DNA of 63,767 bases, counting the filler. It is 8 parts of 8 records of this genome, joined end to end, with 100 filler letters (N's around TTAATTAATTAA, not from the genome) between each part and the next. Parts side by side here need not be neighbours in the genome. Positions count along the whole stretch, not along the records: positions 16,451 to 23,683 come from DRR723986_19738; positions 23,784 to 30,992 come from DRR723986_19740; 6 more parts are not named here. One strand, 5' to 3'. The notes under the pieces were generated by a model. The model saw only the letters and a list, made by a program, of their open reading frames with translations, was not told where the DNA came from and ran no database searches. Every line of letters starts with the position of its first letter. Position 1 is the stretch's first letter. The translations under genes and the position numbers were made by a program. This document shows, piece by piece, positions 19,708-30,258 of this stretch.

Positions 19708-20889
19708 TTAGATCGTCTCTGCGAACAATTCGCGGCCAATCAACATTCGGCGAATTTCGCTGGTGCCTGCGCCAATCTCATACAACTTGGCATCGCGCCA
19801 CAAACGGCCACAGGGGTACTCGTTGATGTAGCCGTTGCCACCCAAAATCTGAATGGACTCGCCCGCCATCCAGGTGGCTTTCTCGGCCGAGAACAAAATG
19901 GCACCGGCGCAGTCCTTGCGCAGCTTGCGAACAGTGTCTGGCGTGGCCTTGTCACAAGCCTTGCCCACTTGATACACATAGGCACGGGTGGCCATCATGA
20001 CTGAATACATGTCCGCCAGCTTGCCCTGAATCAGCTGAAATTCGCCAATGCTTTGACCGAACTGTTTGCGGTCGTGCACATAAGGCACCACCACATCCAT
20101 GGCCGCCGCCATGATGCCCAGGGGCCCACCGCTGAGCACCGCGCGCTCAAAGTCCAGACCACTCATGAGCACATTCACACCGCTGCCCACCTTGCCCAGC
20201 ACATGGGTTTCCGGCACTTCACAATCCTCGAACACCAACTCGCCGGTGTGGCTGCCCCGCATACCCAGTTTGTCCAGCTTCTGCGCAATGGAAAAACCCT
20301 TGAATCCCTTCTCAATCAAAAAGGCAGTAATGCCATGGGGGCCAGCAGCCAGATCAGTTTTGGCATACACCACCAGCACATCCGCATCGGGGCCATTGGT
20401 AATCCACATCTTGCTGCCGTTGAGCACATACTTGTCGCCTTTCTTGTCGGCCCGCAATTGCATGCTAACCACGTCTGAGCCCGCACCAGGTTCGCTCATG
20501 GCCAAGGCACCAATATGCTCGCCCGAAATGAGCTTGGGCAAAAAGGTTTGGCGTTGCCAGTCATTGCCGTTGCGGCGAATCTGGTTCACACACAGGTTGG
20601 AATGCGCACCGTAGCTCAATGCCACCGAGGCGCTGGCCCGTGAAATCTCTTCCATCGCCACAATGTGGGCCAAATAGCCCATGCCACTGCCGCCCAGCTC
20701 TTCCTCAACCGTCAGCCCCAACAGGCCCATTTCACCCATTTTTCGCCACAAGTGCATAGGGAATTGGTCGGTTTTGTCCATTTCAGCGGCCAAAGGGGCG
20801 ATTTCCACTTGGGCAAAAGTTTGTACGGCATCGCGCAAGGCGTCGATGTCTTCTCCAAGATCAAACTGAAGTCCTGGCAAATTCAACAT
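19708..20889 (-). CDS. ivd: Isovaleryl-CoA dehydrogenase
   Basis: [48 protein letters not shown]. Confidence 0.94.
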   Translation of the reverse strand: MLNLPGLQFDLGEDIDALRDAVQTFAQVEIAPLAAEMDKTDQFPMHLWRKMGEMGLLGLTVEEELGGSGMGYLAHIVAMEEISRASASVALSYGAHSNLCVNQIRRNGNDWQRQTFLPKLISGEHIGALAMSEPGAGSDVVSMQLRADKKGDKYVLNGSKMWITNGPDADVLVVYAKTDLAAGPHGITAFLIEKGFKGFSIAQKLDKLGMRGSHTGELVFEDCEVPETHVLGKVGSGVNVLMSGLDFERAVLSGGPLGIMAAAMDVVVPYVHDRKQFGQSIGEFQLIQGKLADMYSVMMATRAYVYQVGKACDKATPDTVRKLRKDCAGAILFSAEKATWMAGESIQILGGNGYINEYPCGRLWRDAKLYEIGAGTSEIRRMLIGRELFAETI

Positions 20890-20984
20890 GTCAAAGTCTC
20901 CGCAGAAGTTATGCTTTTTCGAAATGATGCCCTACAATCAGCCCCTTCACCCACACAAATGACTGAAAAGTCACCAGAAAACAC

Positions 20985-22007
20985 ATGGGAATTGAACGTT
21001 TGTTTGAACCGCCCGTTCTGGGCCAGCCCACCCCGGTCGCCCCTGGCGTTTTGTGGCTGCGTTTGCCACTGCCTTTTGCGCTCGACCACATCAATGTCTG
21101 GCTGATCGAAGAAGAAAACCAGTACACCCTGGTGGACTGCGGCGCGGGCCTGCCCGATGTGGCTGCCATGTGGGAAGAAATCGAACAAACCCTGTTTGTG
21201 CGCAAACCCTTGGGCCGCATTATCGTGACCCATGCCCACCCCGATCACATCGGCATGGCTGGCCCCTTGGCTCGCCGCTATGGTGTGCATGTGCACATGT
21301 CCACGGGCGAGTACTTCATGGCCCGTGGCTTGTGCGCCAACTTGCCGGGCTTTGATGGCAACACCCTGGGTACTTTCATGGCCAGCCATGGACTTGTGAA
21401 CGAGAAAAAAGCCGATGAAACACTTGAAGCACGTGGCGGCATGTTCTCGCGTTTGGTGCCTGAACCCCCTTTGAACTACCAACGCATCCAGCACGGCGAT
21501 GAGATCGAGATTGGGGGTCATCTGTGGCAATGCCATGCGGGTTTCGGTCACAGCCCCGAACACATCAGCCTGGTGTGCAAAAGCCTGGATTTGATGATCA
21601 GCGGGGACATGCTCTTGCCCACCATCTCCACCAATGTCAGCGTGTATGGCATTGAGCCCGAAGGCAACCCGCTGCTGTTGTTTTTACAATCCGTACAGCG
21701 CATGGCGCAACTGCCCAACAGCCTCACCGTGCTTCCCTCTCATGGCGTTCCCTTCAAAGGCGTGCACGACCGGTGCGCCCAATTGCTGCGCCACCACGAT
21801 CACCGGCTCAATGAACTGCTGGAAGCCATCAAGGAAAAGCCCTTGACCGCCCGCCAGGCCATTGCCGTGTTGTTCAGGCGCGAGATGGACGGCCACCAGA
21901 TGAGCTTTGCCATGGGTGAGGCCGTCGCTCACCTGCACTACCTGTGGTACAAAGGTTTGGTGAAACGTTTGGCCATTGAAGGTGTGTGGACGTTTCAGGC
22001 AGTTTAG
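20985..22007 (+). CDS. MBL-fold metallo-hydrolase
   Basis: LPLPFALDHINVW, THAHPDHIG, GHSPEH, SGDMLLP, LPSHG. Confidence 0.9.
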   Translation: MGIERLFEPPVLGQPTPVAPGVLWLRLPLPFALDHINVWLIEEENQYTLVDCGAGLPDVAAMWEEIEQTLFVRKPLGRIIVTHAHPDHIGMAGPLARRYGVHVHMSTGEYFMARGLCANLPGFDGNTLGTFMASHGLVNEKKADETLEARGGMFSRLVPEPPLNYQRIQHGDEIEIGGHLWQCHAGFGHSPEHISLVCKSLDLMISGDMLLPTISTNVSVYGIEPEGNPLLLFLQSVQRMAQLPNSLTVLPSHGVPFKGVHDRCAQLLRHHDHRLNELLEAIKEKPLTARQAIAVLFRREMDGHQMSFAMGEAVAHLHYLWYKGLVKRLAIEGVWTFQAV

Positions 22008-22083
22008 ACGCCAGCCGGCCCTTTAAATTTGTACAAACGACCCCATTTCCACTGTTGACCCAATTTTTGCAGCACACAGCACC

Positions 22084-23073
22084 ATGAACAAAGCACCCCA
22101 CAACATGATCCCAGTCACCATCCTCACCGGTTTTCTGGGCAGTGGAAAAACCACCTTGCTCAACCGAATCCTCAAAGAAAACCATGGCATGAAAATCGCC
22201 GTGATTGAAAATGAATTCGGCGAAGAAGGTGTCGACAACGATTTGCTGATGCAAAACGATCAGGAAAACATCGTTGAGATGAACAACGGTTGCCTGTGCT
22301 GTACCGTGCGCGGCGACCTGGTGCGTATTCTTGGTGAAATGGCCGCCAAACGTTTGGCCGGCGAACTCAAATTTGATCGCGTGGTGATCGAAACCACTGG
22401 CATGGCCGACCCTGGCCCGGTTGCCCAAACCTTCTTTGTCGATGATTTGGTGGCTGAAAGTTTTATTCTGGACGCGGTGATTACCGTGGTGGACGCCAAG
22501 CATGGCATGCAGCAACTGGATGAACACCGAGAAATTCAGCAACAGGTGGGCTTTGCCGATCGCATTTTGCTGTCCAAAACCGACTTGTGCACGGAAGACG
22601 AAGTCACTGCGTTGAAACGTCGCTTGGTTAAAATGAATGCCCGCGCTGAAATGATGATTTCGGAGTTTGGTGTTGCCCCGATAGATCGCTTGCTCGATGT
22701 GCGTGGTTTCAACTTGAATTCAATTCTGGACATCGCGCCCGACTTTCTGGACGAAGACAAACACGTTCACAACGACGAAATTCAAAGCTTCGTGTTCAAA
22801 AGCACCAAGCCCTTCGATGGCCAGAAGTTTGAAGAATTCATGGGGTCGGTCACCCAGGTGTACGGTCCTGACATGCTTCGCTACAAAGGCATTTTGAACA
22901 TCAAGGCCAGCGACCGCCGCGCCCTGTTTCAAGGCGTTCACATGCTGATGGGACTCGATTGGGGCAGAAAATGGGACAGTGCCGAGAAAAAAGAAAGCAA
23001 AATCGTGTTTATTGGGCGTAAACTCCCCAAGGAATTTATCACCCAAGGGTTAGAGCTTTGTCTAGCCCGATAG
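22084..23073 (+). CDS. CobW/COG0523 (YjiA-like) metallochaperone GTPase
   Basis: LTGFLGSGKTT, ENEFG, GCLCC, IETTG, FQGVH. Confidence 0.93.
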   Translation: MNKAPHNMIPVTILTGFLGSGKTTLLNRILKENHGMKIAVIENEFGEEGVDNDLLMQNDQENIVEMNNGCLCCTVRGDLVRILGEMAAKRLAGELKFDRVVIETTGMADPGPVAQTFFVDDLVAESFILDAVITVVDAKHGMQQLDEHREIQQQVGFADRILLSKTDLCTEDEVTALKRRLVKMNARAEMMISEFGVAPIDRLLDVRGFNLNSILDIAPDFLDEDKHVHNDEIQSFVFKSTKPFDGQKFEEFMGSVTQVYGPDMLRYKGILNIKASDRRALFQGVHMLMGLDWGRKWDSAEKKESKIVFIGRKLPKEFITQGLELCLAR

Positions 23074-23125
23074 CGGATATACTGGTATATAGTCAATAAA
23101 AAACCAAAGGACTAGAGGCTGTGCT

Positions 23126-23551
23126 ATGACCACTGAGAAAACGCCACTCATCACCGAGAAGCAATTGTTGGCGATGAAAGAAGACGATTACATGAACGAG
23201 GTGCAGCTTGCCTTTTTCCGCCAGCGCTTGCAGGACATGGAAAAAGAACTGCTCGCCAATGCAGGCGAAACCACGGAGCATCTGCGTGAAACTGTAGTGG
23301 TTCCTGATCCTGCAGACCGCGCAACCATCGAAGAGGAGCATGCGCTGGAACTGCGCACTCGCGACCGCGAACGCAAGTTGCTGAAGAAAGTGCAGCAGTC
23401 ACTGCAGAAAATCGACAATGGTGAATACGGCTGGTGCGAAGAAACCGGCGATCCCATCGGTGTAGCCCGCCTGCTTGCACGCCCCACAGCCACGCTTTCG
23501 CTTGAAGCGCAGCAGCGCCGGGAATTGAAGCAGCGCATGTACGGAGATTAA
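23126..23551 (+). CDS. dksA: RNA polymerase-binding factor DksA (single-Cys type)
   Basis: YMNEVQLAFFR, DPADRA tip, YGWCEETGDPIGVARLLARPTATLSLEAQ. Confidence 0.93.
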   Translation: MTTEKTPLITEKQLLAMKEDDYMNEVQLAFFRQRLQDMEKELLANAGETTEHLRETVVVPDPADRATIEEEHALELRTRDRERKLLKKVQQSLQKIDNGEYGWCEETGDPIGVARLLARPTATLSLEAQQRRELKQRMYGD

Positions 23552-23576
23552 TTCGCTCGATTTGCTGATGCGTTCT

Positions 23577-23614
23577 AAAAAAGCACGTTGACCATAGGTT
23601 GGCGTGCTTTTTTT
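23577..23614 (+). terminator. Intrinsic terminator after dksA
   Basis: AAAAAAGCACGTTGACC-ata-GGTTGGCGTGCTTTTTTT. Confidence 0.8.
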
Positions 23615-23783
23615 ACGTACTCAATGGCCGACCTATATACCCATTCGGCTTGGGTTCCGCTCTCTGCGGCTTTGTTAATAGCTNNNNNNNNNNNNNNNNN
23701 NNNNNNNNNNNNNNNNNNNNNNNNNNNTTAATTAATTAANNNNNNNNNNNNNNNNNNNNNNNNNNNNNNNNNNNNNNNNNNNN

Positions 23784-25814
23784 AATACTGATTGTGTTGC
23801 TGAAGGGATTGGGGAAGGGTTCCTCAGTCCAGAAAGTTGGAGGCTGTAAGTCTTCAACTTTTGAGTTGCCATTGACTGAGACGATTTGGTCGGGTGGCAA
23901 GGTGCGAAAGATTGTGCCTCCGGTACCCAGGATAAACGCACTGCCGTCACGTAAGGCCTGCACTGCCGGCAGGAGATTGTTGTGACCCGTCGGCAATAAC
24001 TCCCACGATTGTCCTCCATCCACTGTTTTAATAACCGCCCCCGCCGAACCTGTGGCATAACCAGTTTGCTCGTCTGCAAAAGAAACACTGATCAACGTTG
24101 AGTTAACACGATCTGACGTCAGCTCCCAGCTTGCGCCTCCGTCGTCAGTTTTGACAATTGCAGCGCTCTCAACCAGCCCTGTCGGTCCGTCATAACCGAG
24201 TGCTGCAAATCCAGTTGATGGGCTAACAAATTCGATGTCCGTTACGACATTTGCACCTTCTACGTCTTTTTCCAGCCAGGACTTACCCTGATCGTTTGAC
24301 TGTAGAATACTCGCGACTTCATTCTCACCTCTTGTCAAACGTGTGCCGAGTAGAATCTTATCCGATGTTAACCATTCAGCATCAAAAACCGATAGACCTT
24401 CTATAGTCGACTCCGTCTTCCATGTCGTTCCGCCGTCTCTGGTCGTACGGATAATCCAGAGAATATCGTTCCATCTACCAACAGTGATACCGTCCTGCCT
24501 ACCATTAAAATCCATCAGGGGCTGCCTACCGGATGGAACGTATTTTCTTTCAAAATTCCGCCAACCACTTGAAGATTCCAGGTATCCTATCACATTGTCT
24601 GAGAGTGCCACGCTGTTTTCACGGTCAAAAAAATGAAAGTTCGCTATTCCGCTTGAAGCGCTGTAAGCTGTATCTTCTGGGTTCTCACGCTGGTACTGCC
24701 AGGTTGCTCCGCCATCATTCGTGCGGAAAATCCTCTCATGCGGTCCGGCAACAAAGCCGGTCTTAGAATCGAAAAACTGCAAGTTCCATCTATCATGCCT
24801 GACGAGATAGATGTATGAGCGCAACCTCCAGGAAAGGCCGCCATCATCTGTTAAGTAAATTGAGTTAAAAGCCCCGACAGCAATTCCGTTCTGCTCATCG
24901 CGAAACTCAATGTCTGTTAAAACTGTTTGAGTTACCTCCCACTGTGCAACGTCGGCTTTTTTGTATTCGCGTCCGCGATTTTCTGTGTAGAAAGCTGAGA
25001 CAATGGTACCAACGAGTGCTGCTCGCCTATTGGTCGGTGCGCTAACGGTATGACAGAGTGGGATGCCTCTGTCGTTCCGCGGCGACTGTTCGACCTCCCA
25101 GGTGCGCCCCTGATCACCTGAGTACATCAGATGTGCTGCAAACAAGGCGTACACGCCGCCACTCTTGTTAAGCGCAAGCTTGGCAATAATACAATCAATG
25201 CAGTTAGCTGCACCGTGGAAAACCCGTTCCCAACTTTGGCCGGCATCTTCAGTGCGTATTATTGTGCCATTTCCACCAATCGCGATGGCAACATTTTCAG
25301 AAACCATCAGCACTTCGTGGAGAGTACTATCGGTCGGTACGTTTACCCTCTGCCAGCTTGTGCCACCATCATCTGTGCGTGCAGCAAAACCTTCGCTGCC
25401 AACCAGGATCCCATTGGATTCGCTGCCGAAGCTGATTGATAGTAAGTCGTTTGTCCAGTTTGTATTTAGAATTCTCCATGAAACACCACCATCCATACTG
25501 CGCAACAATGTTCCATCATTGCCAACTATTACACCGTGCTCTTGATCTACGAAATCGACGCCAAAAAGTGGTGCCAACGTTCCGCCAAACTGCCGTTCCC
25601 AATTCATGCCTTCGTCAGTGCTGCGCAGTATCGTTCCATGGTTACCCACGATAAACGCCAGGCCATCTCCAGCAAACGTGACATCCGTAAAATTGACATC
25701 GAGGCGCTGCAGGTGCTCGGTTTGCGGTTGCGCGAACAGGTTGCCTGCCTGCAGCATTACAAAAACAAGGCTGCACAGGATACTGAGGTTCAACTGTAAA
25801 AACTGTGTATGCAT
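23784..25814 (-). CDS. YCF48/BNR-repeat beta-propeller protein with the start of a T9SS C-terminal domain (3' truncated)
   Basis: Signal peptide; repeated TxDGGxxW Asp-boxes; PFPNPFSNTISI at the contig end. Confidence 0.88.
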
Positions 25815-25870
25815 GACAAAGTCTCTAAAGGTAGTCGGAAGTTAGTCAATCGACTTTCGCTCTGCCGGAA

Positions 25871-25902
25871 AAACCCAGAGCCACTAAAAGTGGTTCTGGG
25901 TC
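25871..25902 (-). terminator. Hairpin downstream of the Cys-rich gene
   Basis: ACCCAGAGCCACT-aaa-AGTGGTTCTGGGT preceded by an A run on + (T run on -). Confidence 0.6.
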
Positions 25903-26017
25903 ATTTAGTCAAACTAACTGAGGGGCTGGATTGTTCACGTTTTTGTGGCGTCCAGACTAGTTAAAACTATTTTTAAGAATATTGCACGCTACTCTTAAAA
26001 ACAAGTTGCAATCAGTA

Positions 26018-26707
26018 TCAATCGCATACAGCAGTGCAAGGTGCACTCCAGCTACTACCGAACTGTGGCGTCCAAATGATTCCACCAGATACAGAGCCGG
26101 GGTCATCGCAAGTAGTCAGCGTTACGATTGAGTCGTCCTCCGTTATTATCAGCTGCGGCGGCGCACTGCCTTCGGGATCAATCTCCCAACATGCATGGTA
26201 CTGCCTCGTGCAGCCTACGTCATCCTGACACGGCGTTAGCTCGATTGACCCATTAGATGCAAAATCTGCTTGAAAACAGGGAGCCAGTACAAGGTTATAG
26301 AACCACGAAGTCGTTTGTGGGCAGTTCGGGATCTGATTTGTATTAATGCCCCAGGGGTTCTTGATTGCAAGTGTAGTCATAATCCGTTGGAACACAAGAT
26401 CGCTTAACAGATCCAGGCCGGAAACACAGTTACTGTCTAAAAACTGGACCGAACTAATCCAGACTTCATATTCACCACACCCGTTTGTTCGATAGCAGTA
26501 AAAAACTGTAAAGTAGCAGGTATTACCATTATGAACAATTGATCCGGTCGCAGGAATGCCGCTGGACCAGGCAACACTATCACAACCAACACCACTTACC
26601 GTCGGACAAGGAGGCTGCCCAAATACCATTGAAGCCGAAGCCACAAGTCCAACAATCAACAACGCAAATGTGCGTAAACGTTTCATAATGATCTCCACGA
26701 AGTTCAT
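26018..26707 (-). CDS. Cys-rich secreted hypothetical protein
   Basis: Signal peptide MKRLRTFALLIVGLVASASMVFG (start possibly 26686); 14 Cys in the mature part; TACTTTTG Bacteroidota-type -7 box at 26822-26829 (-). Confidence 0.8.
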   Translation of the reverse strand: MNFVEIIMKRLRTFALLIVGLVASASMVFGQPPCPTVSGVGCDSVAWSSGIPATGSIVHNGNTCYFTVFYCYRTNGCGEYEVWISSVQFLDSNCVSGLDLLSDLVFQRIMTTLAIKNPWGINTNQIPNCPQTTSWFYNLVLAPCFQADFASNGSIELTPCQDDVGCTRQYHACWEIDPEGSAPPQLIITEDDSIVTLTTCDDPGSVSGGIIWTPQFGSSWSAPCTAVCD

Positions 26708-27318
26708 TCGAGTGTAAAAAAGTTATAGGGGTGGATGAAATTGTGCTAGCGGTATTCATCCAAAACTACCTGGTAGTGCTGCGCCTTCCCTGGGATTGTG
26801 ATCTTTCGGTCAGGCGCAAAACAAAAGTACACGTAAACTATTTAATGTCCAAGTGGAATTTAATAGATGCCTGTAGGAGTGGTGTGTGACTCCGCTGCCA
26901 GGATCTGTAACAAAATTATTGTCCGCCAAACTCTGCCCACCGCACCTGCTTGCTTCAGCGGTCCCATTGGGAAATCTCGGTTTGTGTGCCTGAACGGATC
27001 ACCGCACAGGCACACCGTTTCCTCAGTGTTCTTCTATGTTTGCAGGAAATATCACATGCTCCGACACACCAAAATTTCTGCAAAGCCGCTGCTGTTTCTT
27101 TACCTGAATACTCCTAGCAACAGACTAACTTTTAGCCTGCTTTCAATTATTTTTAACCCGATTACACCTAACTCCGCCCTTAGCTTGCTCCCCACCCAAA
27201 TACGTGTATCTTGCGGCTCTGCTCTACTGCTCTCAAGCCCTATGTCGCGTGTAACTGCGCCGCAAACATATTCAGGAGTGACTCAAAATTCGCAGTTCTC
27301 CTGCCCAAAAGGACTACT

Positions 27319-27672
27319 ATGCTCAAACCTGCAGACTCTTCCAATGGCACTCAGGATGAGGTCGAATATCAGGATCCATTTTTGCGTTCCTGGTCCAAAA
27401 CCCGTGTCCACGGCCAATTGCGCTACATTCTCATCAATGGTATCTCCACTTTTGGCCTGTTGAGTGCAATGGTTTTTATGATCCTTATGGCAATTTTCCG
27501 CAACCTGCAGCACGATCTTCCAATGCATCACGGTCATGGCTTCAGTTCATTTAGCCTGGCGGAAGCCCTGTTAATGATTGTGGTTTTTGCCCTCGTTGCC
27601 GGCTCCATCTGGGGTGCCCTCATGTGGTATCTAAACGAAAAGGCCTTCCAAAGTAAAACTTCTCAAAAGTGA
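27319..27672 (+). CDS. Small two-TM hypothetical membrane protein
   Basis: WSKTRVHGQLRYILINGI...WGALMWYLNEKAF; AAGGA upstream of the ATG at 27319. Confidence 0.65.
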   Translation: MLKPADSSNGTQDEVEYQDPFLRSWSKTRVHGQLRYILINGISTFGLLSAMVFMILMAIFRNLQHDLPMHHGHGFSSFSLAEALLMIVVFALVAGSIWGALMWYLNEKAFQSKTSQK

Positions 27673-28098
27673 CTCAATATATGTTTGCTGTTTAAGTTTT
27701 GGAGGCAGCGGCATGTCACTTGTCTGGCCCGCAGCACTTCGGCAGGGAATTCTCTGCTTTGCTCGCTTGATTCCGGCTACTGCGTGCGCCGTTTTAAAGG
27801 CCATCTTGTTTGCCTCTGAGCCGGAATCTACAAGTGTTTCAGCCTGCCGCCAACTAGCGCATCACAAAGCAAATGGCGCGAATCAGCATTTCGCCATGGG
27901 GCAATAGTCCAGCACCAGCAACTTGACGCCAGTTCAGCTGTTCAAGTCCTGCCGCCACTGCGCCACACAGTCCATGGTACGGCGAATTGGATTTTTTACT
28001 ACACCGAATCTGCTTACTTGTGGCAATGCGAGCAATAGTCCTGCTCCAATTGATTGTATGTTTACAGGGCTTGAATTGCCCTATTCAGAGAAGAAAAA

Positions 28099-28434
28099 AT
28101 GCTCTATTTTGGAAAACAATTTCAGCCGGCATGGGAAGCCATTCGCAAACATGGAAGACGCCGCTTTATCCTGATCTTCGGGGTTCTGCAGACCGGTCTA
28201 ATCTTGGCTCTTGTTTCACTGCTGGCGTCTTCAATCGGAACGAATATCACCAATGGAGACGCACTGTTTGCGGCACGCGGTTTTTCTGAGACCTTCCAAA
28301 TCACGACAATAATGTTAACATTTGTGGTCTATGTCCTTGCCGGTGGATATATTTTTGGCCATTTTACCTGGAAAATGTACGAGCAGAAATATCTGCGACT
28401 GACAGCAGGTGTGTCGAACCAGCCAGGAACCTAA
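28099..28434 (+). CDS. Small two-TM hypothetical membrane protein, paralogue of 27319..27672
   Basis: WEAIRKHGRRRFILIFGV...FGHFTWKMYEQKY. Confidence 0.65.
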   Translation: MLYFGKQFQPAWEAIRKHGRRRFILIFGVLQTGLILALVSLLASSIGTNITNGDALFAARGFSETFQITTIMLTFVVYVLAGGYIFGHFTWKMYEQKYLRLTAGVSNQPGT

Positions 28435-28557
28435 ACCGACTCACTTCCTGAAGTTTTCAGCTTAAACAACTGTGTGAAGCCGAGACGTTCTTCCAGCACA
28501 GACTTAACAAATTGTTCAGTGAGCCGCTCTGCCGGAACGTTAAGCATGGGAAATCCA

Positions 28558-29049
28558 ATGTCCAGCAATCCAAACTTAAACACCACAATCCGCGCCGCTC
28601 AGTCCCAGGATCTAGAAATGATCATGACGCTCTCCAAGGCCTCCGGCCTCTTCGAGCCGCCCGAACTGGAAGAAGTGCGCAGCATGTTAAGCGCATGGTT
28701 TGCCGGCGAACTCGGCGAAGGGCACCAGTGGCTCGTCTGCGAAACAGATGATATTGTCGGTGTTGCCTACTTTGCCCCCGAGCAAATGAGTTATAGCGCC
28801 TGGAATCTTTACATGATAGCCATCCATCCCAACTGCCAGGGGCAGGGAATCGGCGGGCGTTTGATTCGCCACGTAGAACAAGTGCTGCGTGAGGGCGATG
28901 CATACATTCTGCTCGTCGAGACTTCAGGGCTGGAGAGTTTTGAGCAAACACGCGAATTCTACCGTAAGCACGGCTTTGAGCAGGAAGCCCGTATCCGCGA
29001 TTTCTATAGGGCGGGCGAGGATAAGATTGTCTTTCGGAAGCAGCTGTGA
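28558..29049 (+). CDS. GNAT family N-acetyltransferase
   Basis: IAIHPNCQGQGIGGRL acetyl-CoA motif; ETSG...FYRKHGF..EARIRDFY. Confidence 0.9.
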   Translation: MSSNPNLNTTIRAAQSQDLEMIMTLSKASGLFEPPELEEVRSMLSAWFAGELGEGHQWLVCETDDIVGVAYFAPEQMSYSAWNLYMIAIHPNCQGQGIGGRLIRHVEQVLREGDAYILLVETSGLESFEQTREFYRKHGFEQEARIRDFYRAGEDKIVFRKQL

Positions 29050-29056
29050 TATTAAA

Positions 29057-29102
29057 TCCCCCCACCAGCTGTGAGCCACAGTCTCACAGCTGGTGGGGAA
29101 AA
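29057..29102. terminator. Long hairpin after GNAT
   Basis: CCCCACCAGCTGTGAG-ccacagt-CTCACAGCTGGTGGGG. Confidence 0.65.
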
Positions 29103-29403
29103 CTACGAGCAGCAAAAACGCGCCGCTAACCCACTCTAAAGCACCTTTCAGCTCAAATTCCCAGCCGCTCAGCCCAATTGCGTTGAATATCTAAGCCTTT
29201 TGACAGGTTTCAATTCGCGTCACCCAATCATGCTCGCGATAGCTTCAGGAGCAGTAGTTTAGATGCAAATTGTTGTCTGTATACTCTGGCCTCAAATGCT
29301 TCGCTTGAAGCTTGTATGTTCGGTGTCCCGACACAAAAATACTTGTGGCTGCATTGTTAATCTGTTTCTCACCCAGTGACTAACAAGAAGGCCTTTGCTT
29401 AAG

Positions 29404-30027
29404 TTAAGCCCTGCTCTGCAGAAGCTCAGTCAGTTTAAGTAGGGTGTCTTTCCAGTGCTCCGTCATCGCCATGCGCTCCTCCTGGCTTGTTAACTTCTCA
29501 TGGTGAAACCTGATCGCCGTTTTGTTGCCAGAGGCGATGAGATATACAATTAAGGTCCGCGTTTCGTCTTCACCTACTTTCTGAAGTTGCAGGCGCAGAT
29601 AGTTTTCGTGTTTAACACCACGCACTTCACCCAAAGTGCCTTCCTCAGTCGCAAAAGTCGCGCCCTTAACAAGCGGCAGCTCCGCCAGTGTGCCAAGCCA
29701 AAGTTTGCGCGCCGGATCTGTAGTCATGAATTCCCAGGCTGTGTTTAAGTCAAGCGCAAAACTTTTCTGTGTGCTGGCCTGAAACTGCGACTTCTCGTTT
29801 TCGCCAGTCTTACGTTTACCACGCGCCTTTTGATATTCGCCTGCAATAGTTTGGTGCCACCAGAAGTTTTCGACAACATTTTGCGCGGCAATCCACTTAA
29901 CAATTTCGGCGTGCGAAAAACTTAACACTCCCGCCTGATCGAGAATCTCAAACCACTGTGGCCAGGTTTTGCCTGTGGCGTTAACAACAGCATCGTCGGA
30001 AATCAGGTCGCTGGAATTTTTCTGCAT
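29404..30027 (-). CDS. DUF4287-like N-terminus plus SRPBCC-like domain protein
   Basis: SDDAVVNATGKTWPQWFEILD, WWHQTIA, FHHEKL...ERMAMTEHWK. Confidence 0.7.
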   Translation of the reverse strand: MQKNSSDLISDDAVVNATGKTWPQWFEILDQAGVLSFSHAEIVKWIAAQNVVENFWWHQTIAGEYQKARGKRKTGENEKSQFQASTQKSFALDLNTAWEFMTTDPARKLWLGTLAELPLVKGATFATEEGTLGEVRGVKHENYLRLQLQKVGEDETRTLIVYLIASGNKTAIRFHHEKLTSQEERMAMTEHWKDTLLKLTELLQSRA

Positions 30028-30090
30028 ACTTACCTCGTATCCACCTTGGTGGACGGTCAATAATAAACGCTTGGATTTTGAACTCAGTAG

Positions 30091-30125
30091 AAAAAACAAT
30101 GGCCCGACAGTGTCGAGCCATTTTG
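30091..30125. terminator. Hairpin downstream of tRNA-Ser
   Basis: AATGGCCCGAC-agt-GTCGAGCCATT flanked by A and T runs. Confidence 0.55.
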
Positions 30126-30141
30126 GTGTGTTTCGCGTCAG

Positions 30142-30229
30142 CGGAGAGAGAGGGATTCGAACCCTCGGTAGAGCAGGACCCTACGCAGGTTTAGCAAACC
30201 TGTGCCTTCAGCCACTCGGCCACCTCTCC
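30142..30229 (-). tRNA. tRNA-Ser(GCT), CCA not encoded
   Basis: GGAGAGGTGGCCGAGTGGCTGAAGGCACAGGTTTGCTAAACCTGCGTAGGGTCCTGCTCTACCGAGGGTTCGAATCCCTCTCTCTCCG; long variable arm. Confidence 0.95.
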
Positions 30230-30250
30230 GTTTCGATTTCTCGAAGAGTG

Positions 30251-30258
30251 CAAAGATA
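30251..30258 (-). promoter_or_regulatory. Bacteroidota-type -7 promoter element (TAnnTTTG) for tRNA-Ser
   Basis: TATCTTTG on the minus strand about 20 bp upstream of the tRNA. Confidence 0.6.

Noticed and set aside
26867-27463. 198-aa ORF, and the ORFs overlapping tRNA-Ser (29969..30639)
   Set aside because: No recognisable features; they overlap better-supported features or promoter-like DNA
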